Notes under the pieces: generated by a model
What the model saw: the letters and a program-made list of their open reading frames with translations, nothing else
The model's database searches: none
What the model was told of the DNA's origin: nothing
DNA from: Candidatus Moranbacteria bacterium UBA4824
GTDB lineage: Bacteria > Patescibacteriota > Minisyncoccia > Moranbacterales > UBA2206
Direction of reading: 5' to 3'
Assembly (NCBI GenBank): GCA_002400405.1
Contig: DHFM01000046.1
Location: 11,722 to 75,721, forward strand
DNA: 64,000 bases
Made by a program: the position numbers and the translations under genes
Shown here: in pieces, positions 1 to 9,789 of the stretch
Position numbering within the stretch: position 1 is the first letter of the stretch
Layout of the letters: every line of letters begins with the position of its first letter

Positions 1-31
1 TCATTTTCTGTGGTATAATTTATTTGCAATT

Positions 32-1063
32 ATGAAACTAAAAAACATCAACGCGACTCTACTTATATTAGTGGGCTTATTATGTTTAAGCTTAGCTTTT
101 TTTGTGAACGCCACTGAAAACTCCAATGGTACAAAAAACATTTTTCTTGACTCTGATCAAGATGGACTCACTGACGCGGAAGAAAAAACCTATGGCACTA
201 ATCCACAAAAAGCCGACACAGACGGTGATGGATACACGGATGGAGCCGAAGTTAAAGCTGGTTATGACCCGCTAAAAAAAGCCCCCGGTGATAAACTTTC
301 CACTTCTCAAACAGCTAGCGTTAAAGGTGAAAGTGTTTCTGAAAAACAAGTTGTAAGCGAAGAAAAACCCAATCTAACTCAAGAAACAGCGCAAAAAATA
401 TCCACCCTCACAAATGAATCTGCTATCCAAAATCAAGAAATTGGCACAGAAGAAATTCAAACACTTCTCGATTCTATTATGAACGGCGAAGATTTCAAAA
501 ATGAACTACCAGAAATTTCTCCAGATGAGATAAAAATTTTGAAACAAAATTATAGCAGTCTAAGCAAAGAAAAAGCCCAAGAAAAAATGAAAGAAGACGC
601 CGTTAACTATTCTGTGGCCATTCTCTATATTTTTGCCAGCAATTCTCCAGAACCACTCACATCTTCTACTGATGCGATTTCAATTCTAAATAAAACCGTT
701 CAAAAAATTATAACTTCTTTTGCCTCTGGCAATCCGGATGTTCTTAATGATTTAAGCATAAGTGGCGAAAAAATTTATGAACAATTAAAGGAAGTAAAGG
801 TACCGGAAGATATGGTTGATACCCAAATAAAAGCTTTGCAATATGCCTCTTATGCTCAAGATTTGAAAAATTTAATCAAGCTTGATCCGACTGATCCACT
901 GGCTAATTTGTCCAACTATTCCAAAATTTCAACTTTCGTAGGCAGTCTAAATGAATTTTATGATGAAATAAAAAGTAAGTTGGAAAGTTATGGTGTCGAT
1001 TATGGCGAAGTGCAAGATAAATTGGAAGACAAAGGAATTTCCGGAGATATTTTCGGAAGCTAA
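32..1063 (+). CDS. Membrane-anchored/secreted protein with thrombospondin type 3-like Ca-binding repeats (T4SS-like locus)
   Basis: Hydrophobic N-terminus; DSDQDGLTD and DTDGDGYTDG motifs; TATAAT at 15-20. Confidence 0.65.
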   Translation: MKLKNINATLLILVGLLCLSLAFFVNATENSNGTKNIFLDSDQDGLTDAEEKTYGTNPQKADTDGDGYTDGAEVKAGYDPLKKAPGDKLSTSQTASVKGESVSEKQVVSEEKPNLTQETAQKISTLTNESAIQNQEIGTEEIQTLLDSIMNGEDFKNELPEISPDEIKILKQNYSSLSKEKAQEKMKEDAVNYSVAILYIFASNSPEPLTSSTDAISILNKTVQKIITSFASGNPDVLNDLSISGEKIYEQLKEVKVPEDMVDTQIKALQYASYAQDLKNLIKLDPTDPLANLSNYSKISTFVGSLNEFYDEIKSKLESYGVDYGEVQDKLEDKGISGDIFGS

Positions 1064-1070
1064 GGTATGG

Positions 1071-1113
1071 CTACAAAATTACAAATTTTTACAAAAATAC
1101 AAAAGTACAAAAA
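1071..1113. repeat. TACAAA(A/T) short tandem repeat, half-element related to the TACGAAT family
   Basis: ctacaaaattacaaatttttacaaaaatacaaaagtacaaaaa fills the gap between the stop at 1063 and ATG 1116. Confidence 0.5.
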
Positions 1114-1115
1114 AT

Positions 1116-2129
1116 ATGTTGTTTCGTTTTAGAAATAAACTCTCAAAAATAATATTCACCTTTCTAATATTGGGATTTTTTTGCTTTTCCGGCGCACCAA
1201 AATCTCAAGCAGCTTTTTGGCCAGCAGTTGACCCCGGAATTACCTCCGGTTTGCAAAAAATATTAGATATGGTTAATGGTCTTATCGTTGGCACCCTAAA
1301 ACAGCAAGCTGTGCGAATGCTCAGTATGCAAGTTGATATGTTAGCGGGGAATGGTTCCGGAGGTGAAGCATCTTTTATTGTCCATTGGGAAACTTATTTA
1401 AAAGATGAACCACAAAATGCCACCAACATCTATATGAATGACTACCTCAGTCAAATGACTCTGGGAAGAAACACCTCTTCACTCTATTCTGCCGAAGGTT
1501 TTTCTGGTGGCGCTGGCGGTAGTTATGCGTCACAACTAGGACAACTTAATCAAGTCCTAGCTAATGCAAAAAATCCCAATTCAGTTCCTAAATTGACCTA
1601 TGAAGGCGAACCCTCACAAATGCTTCAAAGTGGCAATTTCAAAAATATGGAACTCTATCTTTCCGGCGTAAATAATCCTTGGAGCTTCAAAATTGCGGTT
1701 AAAAGTGAACAACAAAAAATATACAAAGAAAAACAAAACGAAGCTATGGTAAAAGCTATGGCCTACCAAGGTTTTCGCGGAACTTTAAGCGATGCCAATG
1801 GCTCCATTTCCAATCCCGGAAGTTTAGTCAAGTCGGCTTTGGAAAATGCTCAAGATATGCCTAACAGAATCCTGCAAAGTGCTTCCACCATTCCCGAAGT
1901 AGCCACCGCTCTCGTCACTCAGATGATCAATCAAACCATCACCCAAGGTTTTGTGAGCGTTCGCAATAAAACCGCCAAATCCACCGCCAATGTCACCAAA
2001 TATACCAATGCTACTAATCAAGCTATGAATCAATACGGTCCGGCTGTGAGATTTGGAGCAAATACTGCTCAAGACATTCAAAATAAACAAGCTCAAAAAG
2101 CCCAAGATGACGCAGTGGCGAATCAATAG
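1116..2129 (+). CDS. Secreted hypothetical protein of the T4SS-like locus
   Basis: Start moved from 990 to ATG 1116, which gives a signal peptide (IIFTFLILGFFCFSGAPKSQA) and removes the overlap. Confidence 0.6.
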   Translation: MLFRFRNKLSKIIFTFLILGFFCFSGAPKSQAAFWPAVDPGITSGLQKILDMVNGLIVGTLKQQAVRMLSMQVDMLAGNGSGGEASFIVHWETYLKDEPQNATNIYMNDYLSQMTLGRNTSSLYSAEGFSGGAGGSYASQLGQLNQVLANAKNPNSVPKLTYEGEPSQMLQSGNFKNMELYLSGVNNPWSFKIAVKSEQQKIYKEKQNEAMVKAMAYQGFRGTLSDANGSISNPGSLVKSALENAQDMPNRILQSASTIPEVATALVTQMINQTITQGFVSVRNKTAKSTANVTKYTNATNQAMNQYGPAVRFGANTAQDIQNKQAQKAQDDAVANQ

Positions 2130-2138
2130 AATCAAATA

Positions 2139-2672
2139 ATTTTCAAGTTTCAATTCTCAATTTTCAGTGAATTTTCAAAAATAAAATTTTCAAAAAAATG
2201 CCTGATAATAAAAATAAAACATATGATTTAGAAGAAAGAACGGCACTGTTTTCGGAAGAAGTAATAAAACAAATAAAAACAATTCCAATTACTCCAATTA
2301 ATAAATCCATATTATCCCAAATAGTCAGATCAGCAACATCAGTCGGAGCAAATTATTGTGAAGCCAACAATGCCAGCTCTAAAAGTGATTTTAGAAATAA
2401 AATATATATTTGCAAAAAAGAAATTAATGAAACAAAATATTGGCTAAGAATTCTGTCCAACACTAATCCTGAATTTAAAGAAAAAGCCAGAGAACTCTGG
2501 CAAGAAGCGCAAGAATTAAATTTGATTTTTCAGTCAATAGTAAATACGCTAAATGGGAAGAAGAAGAGCTAGTTTGCAATTTTCAAGTTTCAATTTTCAA
2601 TTACCAATGTTTCTAGTTTGAAAATTTATTTATTGAAAATTCATTGAAAATTGAAACTTGTGAATTGAAAAT
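2139..2672. mobile_element. Hairpin cassette: ~56-bp imperfect inverted repeats built of TTTCAA(T/G) heptamers enclosing a four-helix-bundle gene
   Basis: Left arm 2139-2194 is a near reverse complement of right arm 2617-2672; an extra direct copy of the heptamers lies at 2578-2601. Confidence 0.7.
2198..2572 (+). CDS. Four helix bundle protein (23S rRNA IVP / Avd-like family)
   Basis: LEERT..F, QIVRSATSVGANYCEA, SKSDF..K..ICKKE..ETKYWL motifs. Confidence 0.92.
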   Translation: MPDNKNKTYDLEERTALFSEEVIKQIKTIPITPINKSILSQIVRSATSVGANYCEANNASSKSDFRNKIYICKKEINETKYWLRILSNTNPEFKEKARELWQEAQELNLIFQSIVNTLNGKKKS

Positions 2673-2686
2673 TTTTTATAATACAC

Positions 2687-4807
2687 ATGCCCCAACAAAC
2701 ACAAAAAAAAACAAATCCCCGCAAAATTTTCCTAACTATCATTTTCATCTTAGTGATTGGTTTTGGTTTTGGGTTTGGGAAAGGAACTGAAGCACTGGCT
2801 GAAAATCTTGGAAGTCCGATACAAGATATCAACACTCTTAAAGAGGCAACTGGTGATGGTAATGCCGATTCCTGTGATTTTTTGTTTCATCCTATAGATT
2901 GCACTCTACTTGCTCTTTTAGATCTTTTTGTAAAGCTAACAACCTTAGCCAGCACTCTTTTCAAATGGATAATGGGACCTAATAATATTTCTTCTATTCT
3001 TAGTAGTAAAGCCATCTATGAAGGCTGGGCTTTGGTACGCGACGCTCTCAATGTTTCATTTATTATGTTTTTGCTTTTTTCCGCGTTTGCTACTGTTTTT
3101 CAAATTGACAAATATAGCTACAAAAAAACTCTTCTCACTATCGTCATTATGGCCTTGCTGGTCAATTTTAGTTTTCCTATTTCTCGTTTCATTATTGATG
3201 TTTCCAATATGATGATGTATTATTTTGCCGATACTCTAAGTATTGGCTCTGACAAAAAAGACATCATTGTTGGTTTTGCCGATATCGCCGATTTACCAAA
3301 CATACTGCATCCAAAAGTAGGCAATGACACAACCAGTCTTTTGGCAGCGGTCGTTTTTGCTTTTATCTTTATGATAACTATGCTCACTATTTCCGTTCTT
3401 TTTGTGATTCGTACTCTCGCCTTGGCAGTTTTGATTATTTTTTCTTCCTTGGCTTTTGTCGGCACGGCTGTTCCACCCCTAGCCAAACATTCCGGCGATT
3501 GGTGGAAAAAACTTTTCGACTATTCTTTTTTTGGTCCGATTATGCTTTTTATGATGTATATCGCCTCTTCTCTTATGAATGAAATTCAAAAAGATGGACT
3601 TATAAATATGACAGAATTATCTATTCAAAATACCAAATCGGGAGCTTATGTTGCTTCGCTGGCCTTTTTCTTTCTTCCAATTATTATCCTTTGGATCGGT
3701 CTCGGCATTGCTAAAGAAATGAGTGGCTCCGCCGGAAGCGCCATCGTCGGCAAAGCACAAGGGTTTATGAAAGGGGCAGGGAAGTGGACGGCGAGTCCAA
3801 TTACTAGTGCATATAAGGCTGGAAAATTTGGTGCTGGCGCATTGGTTAAAAAAATTGATCGTGATCACATCGGCGTTAGAGGATTTATCAAGGCTTGGAA
3901 AGATAGGTCAAGTGAAATCGATACAGATAAAGTTGCTACTCAAGCAGCTAAATCAAGAGATCGCATTAGTAATTTTCCTTTATTTTTCGATAAAGACAAA
4001 AGAGATCCTAATTATTATCGTGATGTTGATGATGCAAATAAAATCGCAAAATACAAAAAAGAACAAGATCTTTATTCCACAACTGATGTTGATTTGGTTG
4101 AAGGTATAAGAAAATTATCTGGGAAAAAAGATACCGAATCTGGACAAAGAATGCAGGCATTTTTTCAGACTTTGGCTGGAAACAAGGATCTTAATGAATT
4201 TGGAAAACTAAAATATGGTTATTTCGATCCAAATTTAACGAAAAACGATATCGCTAACACACTCAGAGAAAGTTTAAATGAAGAAGATGTTGTATCGGCA
4301 ATGCATGACCTTGAAGATATTAATATTATGAATGGTGTTTATTCTATGTATGGATTAACAACAATCGATAAAGAAACAGGAAAAAGAAGATTGACTAAGA
4401 GTAGCACGGAACAGGAAGAAGCTGTTATGGGAAAACTTAAAAATATTGACTATCAGAAGTTTATGATAAATTTCCACCCAGATTCAGTTATAACTGAAGC
4501 TAAGGATGGCAGTCCAACTGGTATTAGTAATATCGGAAAATCTATTTTAGAATATGTAGAATCAAGAGATGCTGAATTTGTATCTAGACTTCGAGGTGAT
4601 GCTAGAGATAAGATAAAAGAAGCCATCAGAATACACGATGAAAAAGCTGAGCCTGCAGATAAAATATCCACAAAAAATCCTGTGCTTATGTTTGAATTAA
4701 GCGGAGGGAAAAAAGGACAAGAGGCTAGAAAAGCAGCTATTTTAGCTAGAGAAGAAGTAAAACAAAAAGAAACTGAGCCTGTAGTTAAGATCAATAGCAA
4801 AAAATAA
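2687..4807 (+). CDS. VirB6/TrbL-like polytopic membrane protein with long soluble C-terminus
   Basis: GW..VRD..N and LLVNFS motifs, many TM helices, WWKKLF; lies in an operon with PrgI and VirB4. Confidence 0.7.
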   Translation: MPQQTQKKTNPRKIFLTIIFILVIGFGFGFGKGTEALAENLGSPIQDINTLKEATGDGNADSCDFLFHPIDCTLLALLDLFVKLTTLASTLFKWIMGPNNISSILSSKAIYEGWALVRDALNVSFIMFLLFSAFATVFQIDKYSYKKTLLTIVIMALLVNFSFPISRFIIDVSNMMMYYFADTLSIGSDKKDIIVGFADIADLPNILHPKVGNDTTSLLAAVVFAFIFMITMLTISVLFVIRTLALAVLIIFSSLAFVGTAVPPLAKHSGDWWKKLFDYSFFGPIMLFMMYIASSLMNEIQKDGLINMTELSIQNTKSGAYVASLAFFFLPIIILWIGLGIAKEMSGSAGSAIVGKAQGFMKGAGKWTASPITSAYKAGKFGAGALVKKIDRDHIGVRGFIKAWKDRSSEIDTDKVATQAAKSRDRISNFPLFFDKDKRDPNYYRDVDDANKIAKYKKEQDLYSTTDVDLVEGIRKLSGKKDTESGQRMQAFFQTLAGNKDLNEFGKLKYGYFDPNLTKNDIANTLRESLNEEDVVSAMHDLEDINIMNGVYSMYGLTTIDKETGKRRLTKSSTEQEEAVMGKLKNIDYQKFMINFHPDSVITEAKDGSPTGISNIGKSILEYVESRDAEFVSRLRGDARDKIKEAIRIHDEKAEPADKISTKNPVLMFELSGGKKGQEARKAAILAREEVKQKETEPVVKINSKK

Positions 4808-4812
4808 AATTT

Positions 4813-6081
4813 ATGATTTCATCTATTCTAGAACAACAAATAAAAAACTTTTCACAACTTTCTAATGAAGAATGTGCTTTGATAATTAAAAATAATTTAT
4901 TAGAAGCGTTAGAAAGTGATTTATATATCGACTGGGAAATCGTTGCTAAATTTATTATGACTCCCTATGCTGATAGAGAAGCACTTTGCAAAATTTTAAA
5001 TTCCTCTATTAGAAAAAACATTCAACTAATCGGTAATTTTACCATAAGCGACTGGATTAGAAAATATCAAGATCAGTATTTAGGAAAAGAGAGAAATCCA
5101 AATACATTTTTTGAATATGTTAATAATAATCCTGAGGTTAAAAAATTATCAAAAAAAGATCAATTAAAACTTGCTAGAATTCTAAGGATCTATGATTATC
5201 TTTTAGTTATTCCTATTGCTGACCTTGATGGTCCAGTATCAAATATTTTAAGATTTTCAATGCAATCAGAATCTACGCCTGAAGAAAAATTAGCACAGAG
5301 TAAATCTGAAAACCTAGACCAATTTATTCCGCAAAAAATAACTCTTGAAAAACTATCAATTTCTGAAGCGCTGAAAAAATTCCCTGAAATCGGCGAACAA
5401 CTTATCACCTCAACACATATCAAACTCAAAAGTTTTCCAGAGCCTGTTCGACCATCAATCAATAATTGGCTTTCTGACTACACTTTCAATCTAGGTTTTG
5501 AATCACATAGCGCCATGGATCGCGGGACATATTTGTTCCGCAATGAAAATGCCAAAGTTTTGAACTCAACTGACCGCGAAAAAATTTCCTATATTTTAAA
5601 AGCCTACGATGAAAATTCGTTGGTAGATGTGAATGTCAACACTAAACAAGTTGTTTTTCCAAAACGCGAGCAAGCTAAAATAATTTCCAATTTCTCCGCC
5701 AAAGGCGGATCCGCCTCGGGCGGACAATATCCAATATCCAATAAAATTTCTAATAATGAAATTTCCAATATCAAAACTCCTACAAAAAGTCAATTCCAAG
5801 AAATATATAATGCAAAAAAACAAACAGAACAACCAAAAGATATCTTCAAAGAAGAAAGAATTGCCACAGAAAACAGAAATGCAGGCAATATAAATTTCAG
5901 CTCTCCACAAAGAATGCCCTATGAAAAACAAACCATCCAGCCAATTCAACCCCAAAAACCAGCCCCAGCCCCCCAACCAATGCGAATTTCCTCGCAAAAC
6001 CTCCGAAATAATAGTGATAAACCCCGAACCAATCCTAATGTGCCAACAGGAAACATAGTTAATTTAAAAGACAAACAATAA
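4813..6081 (+). CDS. Hypothetical protein of the T4SS-like locus, low-complexity C-terminus ending in NIVNLK
   Basis: 422-aa ORF in the operon; contains in-frame repeat insertions at 5683-5775. Confidence 0.7.
   Translation: MISSILEQQIKNFSQLSNEECALIIKNNLLEALESDLYIDWEIVAKFIMTPYADREALCKILNSSIRKNIQLIGNFTISDWIRKYQDQYLGKERNPNTFFEYVNNNPEVKKLSKKDQLKLARILRIYDYLLVIPIADLDGPVSNILRFSMQSESTPEEKLAQSKSENLDQFIPQKITLEKLSISEALKKFPEIGEQLITSTHIKLKSFPEPVRPSINNWLSDYTFNLGFESHSAMDRGTYLFRNENAKVLNSTDREKISYILKAYDENSLVDVNVNTKQVVFPKREQAKIISNFSAKGGSASGGQYPISNKISNNEISNIKTPTKSQFQEIYNAKKQTEQPKDIFKEERIATENRNAGNINFSSPQRMPYEKQTIQPIQPQKPAPAPQPMRISSQNLRNNSDKPRTNPNVPTGNIVNLKDKQ
5695..5724. repeat. 30-bp double-hairpin element inserted in frame (SAKGGSASGG)
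   Basis: tccgcc-aaa-ggcgga-tccgcc-tcg-ggcgga; GC-rich island in AT-rich coding sequence. Confidence 0.85.
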
Positions 6082-6187
6082 TCAGAACCACTGATTATCA
6101 CATGAGCTCACTTGATTTCACTGAACAGAAATTTCATTCATGTGTAATCAGTATAATCAGTGCTAATCAGTGGTTCAGACATTTATG
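6077..6187. repeat. 111-bp hairpin-forming direct repeat, copy 1
   Basis: Differs from 6583-6693 at 2 nt; arms cagaaccactgatta / taatcagtggttcag. Confidence 0.95.
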
Positions 6188-6583
6188 CTATTTAATGTGC
6201 CACAATTCATCGACATCGAAGACAAGATTGTCGGTCCGCTCACAGCCAAACAACTTGGCTGGCTTGGAATTGCTGGTGTTTTACTCTTGATTTTTTGGAG
6301 CACTCTGGTTTTTTCAACTTTTGTCCCTGTCGCTCTCATCACCTTGGCAATTTTTGGCGCCTTGGCCTTCTACCGACCCTACAACCAACCCCTTTTAAAT
6401 TTTCTAATGTCTGGTGTTAATTTTTTTATGAAGCCCAAGGTCTATGTTTGGAAACGATTTTATGATAATATAAAAACAGTCAACCGAACACCACAAAAAC
6501 CTAAAGAAGAAATTATCGTTAAGAGAAAAGTTTTAGATAATGAAAAAATTAGAGAATTGACGGAAAGACTAAATAGAAAATAA
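6185..6583 (+). CDS. prgI: PrgI family membrane protein
   Basis: VPQFIDIEDKIVGPLT.KQ motif, 2 TM helices, PKVYVWK; start moved to ATG 6185. Confidence 0.88.
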   Translation: MLFNVPQFIDIEDKIVGPLTAKQLGWLGIAGVLLLIFWSTLVFSTFVPVALITLAIFGALAFYRPYNQPLLNFLMSGVNFFMKPKVYVWKRFYDNIKTVNRTPQKPKEEIIVKRKVLDNEKIRELTERLNRK

Positions 6584-6693
6584 ATAATCAGAACCACTGA
6601 TTATCACATGAGCTCACTTGATTTCACTGAACGGAAATTTCGTTCATGTGTAATCAGTATAATCAGTGCTAATCAGTGGTTCAGACATTTATG
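6583..6693. repeat. 111-bp hairpin-forming direct repeat, copy 2
   Basis: See copy 1; ends in the ATG of the next gene. Confidence 0.95.
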
Positions 6694-7377
6694 GAAATAT
6701 TACACTCAAAAAAACTCTCCACCGAACCATCATCTTCGCCAACGCAGAAGTATTTGGATGTGGCGGAGGTTAAAGATGATACGATTATCTTGAAATCAGG
6801 CGCGCTTCGCTCTGTTTTAGCTGTGTCAGCCATCAATTTTGATTTGAAATCCACCGATGAACAAACAGCCATCATCAACCAATACCAAAATTTTCTCAAT
6901 TCTGTGGATTTTCCCATTCAAATACTTGTGAGCTCGCGAAAACTGGATATGCGAACTTATTTCGACTATATAACCAGCAAAGAAAAAACCCAACACAGTG
7001 AATTGCTTCGGATGCAGTTGGCAGAATACAAAAATTTCATTGAACAACTCGTGAGTGGTTCCAATATTATGGAAAAAAATTTCTATATTATCGTGCCTTT
7101 TTCTCCGATTGAGAATAAGGATAAAGGATTTTTTTCTAATATCGGGAGTCTAATGAATCCGCAAAAAAATATTATTGAAAAAAACACCAATTTTGAAACT
7201 TACAAAAACCAGCTTTTTCAAAGAGTTGACCATATCATCGCCGCTCTTTCCGGCATTGGACTACGCATCGCCCCGCTCAAAACCGAAGAACTGATTGAAC
7301 TATTATTCAATTCATATAACCCGGAAATTTTCAACGCATCAGAATTGAAGGATGTGGAGAAATTAGAATTACAATAA
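6691..7377 (+). CDS. VirB4-associated protein (resembles the TraC/VirB4 N-terminal module)
   Basis: INFDLKS..EQ, FLNS..FPIQI, FYIIVPF motifs; directly upstream of VirB4. Confidence 0.7.
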   Translation: MEILHSKKLSTEPSSSPTQKYLDVAEVKDDTIILKSGALRSVLAVSAINFDLKSTDEQTAIINQYQNFLNSVDFPIQILVSSRKLDMRTYFDYITSKEKTQHSELLRMQLAEYKNFIEQLVSGSNIMEKNFYIIVPFSPIENKDKGFFSNIGSLMNPQKNIIEKNTNFETYKNQLFQRVDHIIAALSGIGLRIAPLKTEELIELLFNSYNPEIFNASELKDVEKLELQ

Positions 7378-7378
7378 A

Positions 7379-7446
7379 ATTTACGAAAATACGAATCTAG
7401 CGAAAGTACGAATTCGTAATTTAGTTTAATTCGTATTTTCGTAAAT
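7379..7446. repeat. 68-bp TACGAAT-family hairpin, copy 1
   Basis: atttacgaaaatacgaat...attcgtattttcgtaaat; 4 mismatches to 63549-63616. Confidence 0.92.
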
Positions 7447-7468
7447 AATAAAACACAAAAAAACATCC

Positions 7469-9286
7469 ATGTTTAATTTTCTTAAAAAAAACCCAACCAC
7501 CCAAGCCAAGACCAATGAAATTCTTGAGGGTGAAAAATACTATCAAGAAGGTGTTTCGCGACTCAATGATCTTTTGGCTCCCTCTGCGATAAAAATAATG
7601 CCGAAATTTATCCGTGTGGGAGAAACACTGGCGCAAACTATTTTTGTGGTGGCTTATCCGAGATTTCTCAATAGCAATTGGTTCTCTCCGATTATAAACA
7701 TTGATTTACCAATTGACATTTCGATGTTTATCCACCCAATTGAAACTTACGACATCTTGAAAGATCTCAAAAAAAATGCCACCAGAGTTGAATCACAAAT
7801 TCATATCGAACAAGAAAAAGGTATGATTCGCGATCCCGCCCTTGAAACTGCCATCCAAGATATTGATGAACTGCGAAGCAACTTACAACAAGGCACCGAA
7901 AAATTCTTTCGTTTTGGACTCTATATCACTGCTTACGGCGAAAATGAAAAAGAACTTTCTGATATTACTCGCTCAATCGAAGCAATTCTAGAAGCCCAAT
8001 TAGTCTATGTAAAACCAGCAATTTTCAAGTCTGAACAAGGCTTTAATTCAACTTTGCCGTTAGCTAACGACGAACTAGACATAGGATCGAGCATGAACAG
8101 CGCTCCGCTTTCCACCACTTTTCCTTTTGTTTCTTCCACTCTATCTTCCAATGAAGGAATTCTTTATGGAATAAATCGTCACAACAACAGTTTGATTATT
8201 TTTGACCGCTTCAAAATGGAAAATGCCAATATGGTGGTTTTTGCCAAATCCGGTGCTGGAAAAAGTTATACTATAAAGCTGGAAGTTTTGCGCTCTTTGA
8301 TGATGGGCACTGATGTGATTATTATCGACCCAGAAAATGAATATAAGCATCTTTGTGAAACAGTGGACGGAACCTTTGTTAAAATTTCTCTTAATTCCAA
8401 CAATCACATCAACCCTTTTGACTTGCCTCACATCAAAGAAGATGAGGATCCGGAAGATGTACTGCGAAACAACATTGCCAATTTACTTGGATTGCTTCAC
8501 ATCATGCTGGGCAACATTACTCCTGAAGAAGATTCCATTTTAGGTCGAGCTATCAAAGAAACCTATGCTGTTCGTGATATCTCCGCTGAAACTAATTTCA
8601 ATTCTCTTAACAAAGAATCCTACCCAACAATGTCTGATCTCTATCAAATCTTGCGCAGTATGGATGGTGGAGAAAACTTGGCTATTCGCATGGAAAAATA
8701 TACCGAGGGAATTTTTTCCGGCTTCTTGAATAATTCTACTAATGTGAGCGTTGACAATCCAATGATGGTTTTCAATATCCGCGATATGGAAGAGGAACTT
8801 CGACCGATTGCTATGTATATGGTAATGCAATTTATCTGGAATGAAATGAGAACTACGCTCAAGCGAAGATTAGTTTTGGCTGATGAAGCTTGGGTAATGA
8901 TGAAATATGATGACGCCGCTTCTTTTCTTTTTGGAATTGCCAAACGATGTCGAAAATATTATACCGGGCTCACTACCGTCACTCAAGATGTGAATGACTT
9001 TTTGAGCTCTCGTTATGGCAAGGCCATTGTCACCAACTCCTCTATTCAATTACTTTTAAAACAATCTCCCGCAGCTGTGGATGTAATTAGCGAAACATTC
9101 TATCTCACCGACCAAGAAAAATTTCTTCTCTTGGAATCAAATGTGGGAGAAGGAATTTTTTTCGCCGGCACCAACCACGTTGCCATCAAAGTTGTAGCTT
9201 CCTATTCCGAAGATCAAATCATCACCACTGATCCAGCCCAGATGCTGGAAATTGAAAAAGCGAAGAAAGAATTTAGTGAAGAATAA
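7469..9286 (+). CDS. virB4: VirB4/TraC-like T4SS ATPase
   Basis: Walker A AKSGAGKS, IIDPENEY, Walker B LADEAW, RKY...TQ. Confidence 0.9.
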   Translation: MFNFLKKNPTTQAKTNEILEGEKYYQEGVSRLNDLLAPSAIKIMPKFIRVGETLAQTIFVVAYPRFLNSNWFSPIINIDLPIDISMFIHPIETYDILKDLKKNATRVESQIHIEQEKGMIRDPALETAIQDIDELRSNLQQGTEKFFRFGLYITAYGENEKELSDITRSIEAILEAQLVYVKPAIFKSEQGFNSTLPLANDELDIGSSMNSAPLSTTFPFVSSTLSSNEGILYGINRHNNSLIIFDRFKMENANMVVFAKSGAGKSYTIKLEVLRSLMMGTDVIIIDPENEYKHLCETVDGTFVKISLNSNNHINPFDLPHIKEDEDPEDVLRNNIANLLGLLHIMLGNITPEEDSILGRAIKETYAVRDISAETNFNSLNKESYPTMSDLYQILRSMDGGENLAIRMEKYTEGIFSGFLNNSTNVSVDNPMMVFNIRDMEEELRPIAMYMVMQFIWNEMRTTLKRRLVLADEAWVMMKYDDAASFLFGIAKRCRKYYTGLTTVTQDVNDFLSSRYGKAIVTNSSIQLLLKQSPAAVDVISETFYLTDQEKFLLLESNVGEGIFFAGTNHVAIKVVASYSEDQIITTDPAQMLEIEKAKKEFSEE

Positions 9287-9292
9287 TATTCT

Positions 9293-9784
9293 ATGTACGA
9301 TACCCAAAAAAAACAAGAGTTAGAAAATAATCAGCAAGAAGCTCGTGAGCAAAAAGAAGCCCAGAAAAAAGAACAAGCCGAAAAAAATGCCTTGTCTTTT
9401 GAAAATTTAAAAAAACCGAAAAAAAAATCTCGCTTTTCTCAAATTAAAAAATCCGATCCGGTTTTTGCTGTTGCCTTTATGGCCGCAGGACTAAAGGACT
9501 TGCTTGACCTTTTTCAAGCCACAGGAGTGGGGTATGCTATAGTGATTATTATGACTATTTTGATTTTTATCTTTATCGGATTTATGATAATGATCGGGGT
9601 TTCTATGGGCGGAGGTGGGGGGATAAATATACTGCTGATGCTTTTTGGCGGAACCGCCGTGGAAATTCTCCCTGGGATAAGTTTTTTGCCAATGACTATG
9701 GGATTAGTAGCTATGATATATTTATCAGTTTTGAAAAAAAGAAAAAAGAATGCTCAAAAAATTCAAGAACAAAACTACGCCTAA
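9293..9784 (+). CDS. Membrane protein of the T4SS-like locus
   Basis: Charged N-terminus, 3 TM helices, EILPGISFLP. Confidence 0.65.
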   Translation: MYDTQKKQELENNQQEAREQKEAQKKEQAEKNALSFENLKKPKKKSRFSQIKKSDPVFAVAFMAAGLKDLLDLFQATGVGYAIVIIMTILIFIFIGFMIMIGVSMGGGGGINILLMLFGGTAVEILPGISFLPMTMGLVAMIYLSVLKKRKKNAQKIQEQNYA

Positions 9785-9789
9785 ATAGT

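Noticed and set aside
2198-2572. Complete DGR, based on the Avd-like gene
   Set aside because: No reverse transcriptase or TR/VR pair in the window
6077-6693. Direct repeats as a CRISPR array
   Set aside because: Only two 111-bp copies separated by a gene; no spacer periodicity and no cas genes
6102-6793. Paralogous ORFs beginning MSSLDFTE (6102, 6608)
   Set aside because: Artefacts of the duplicated repeat, out of frame with the real genes
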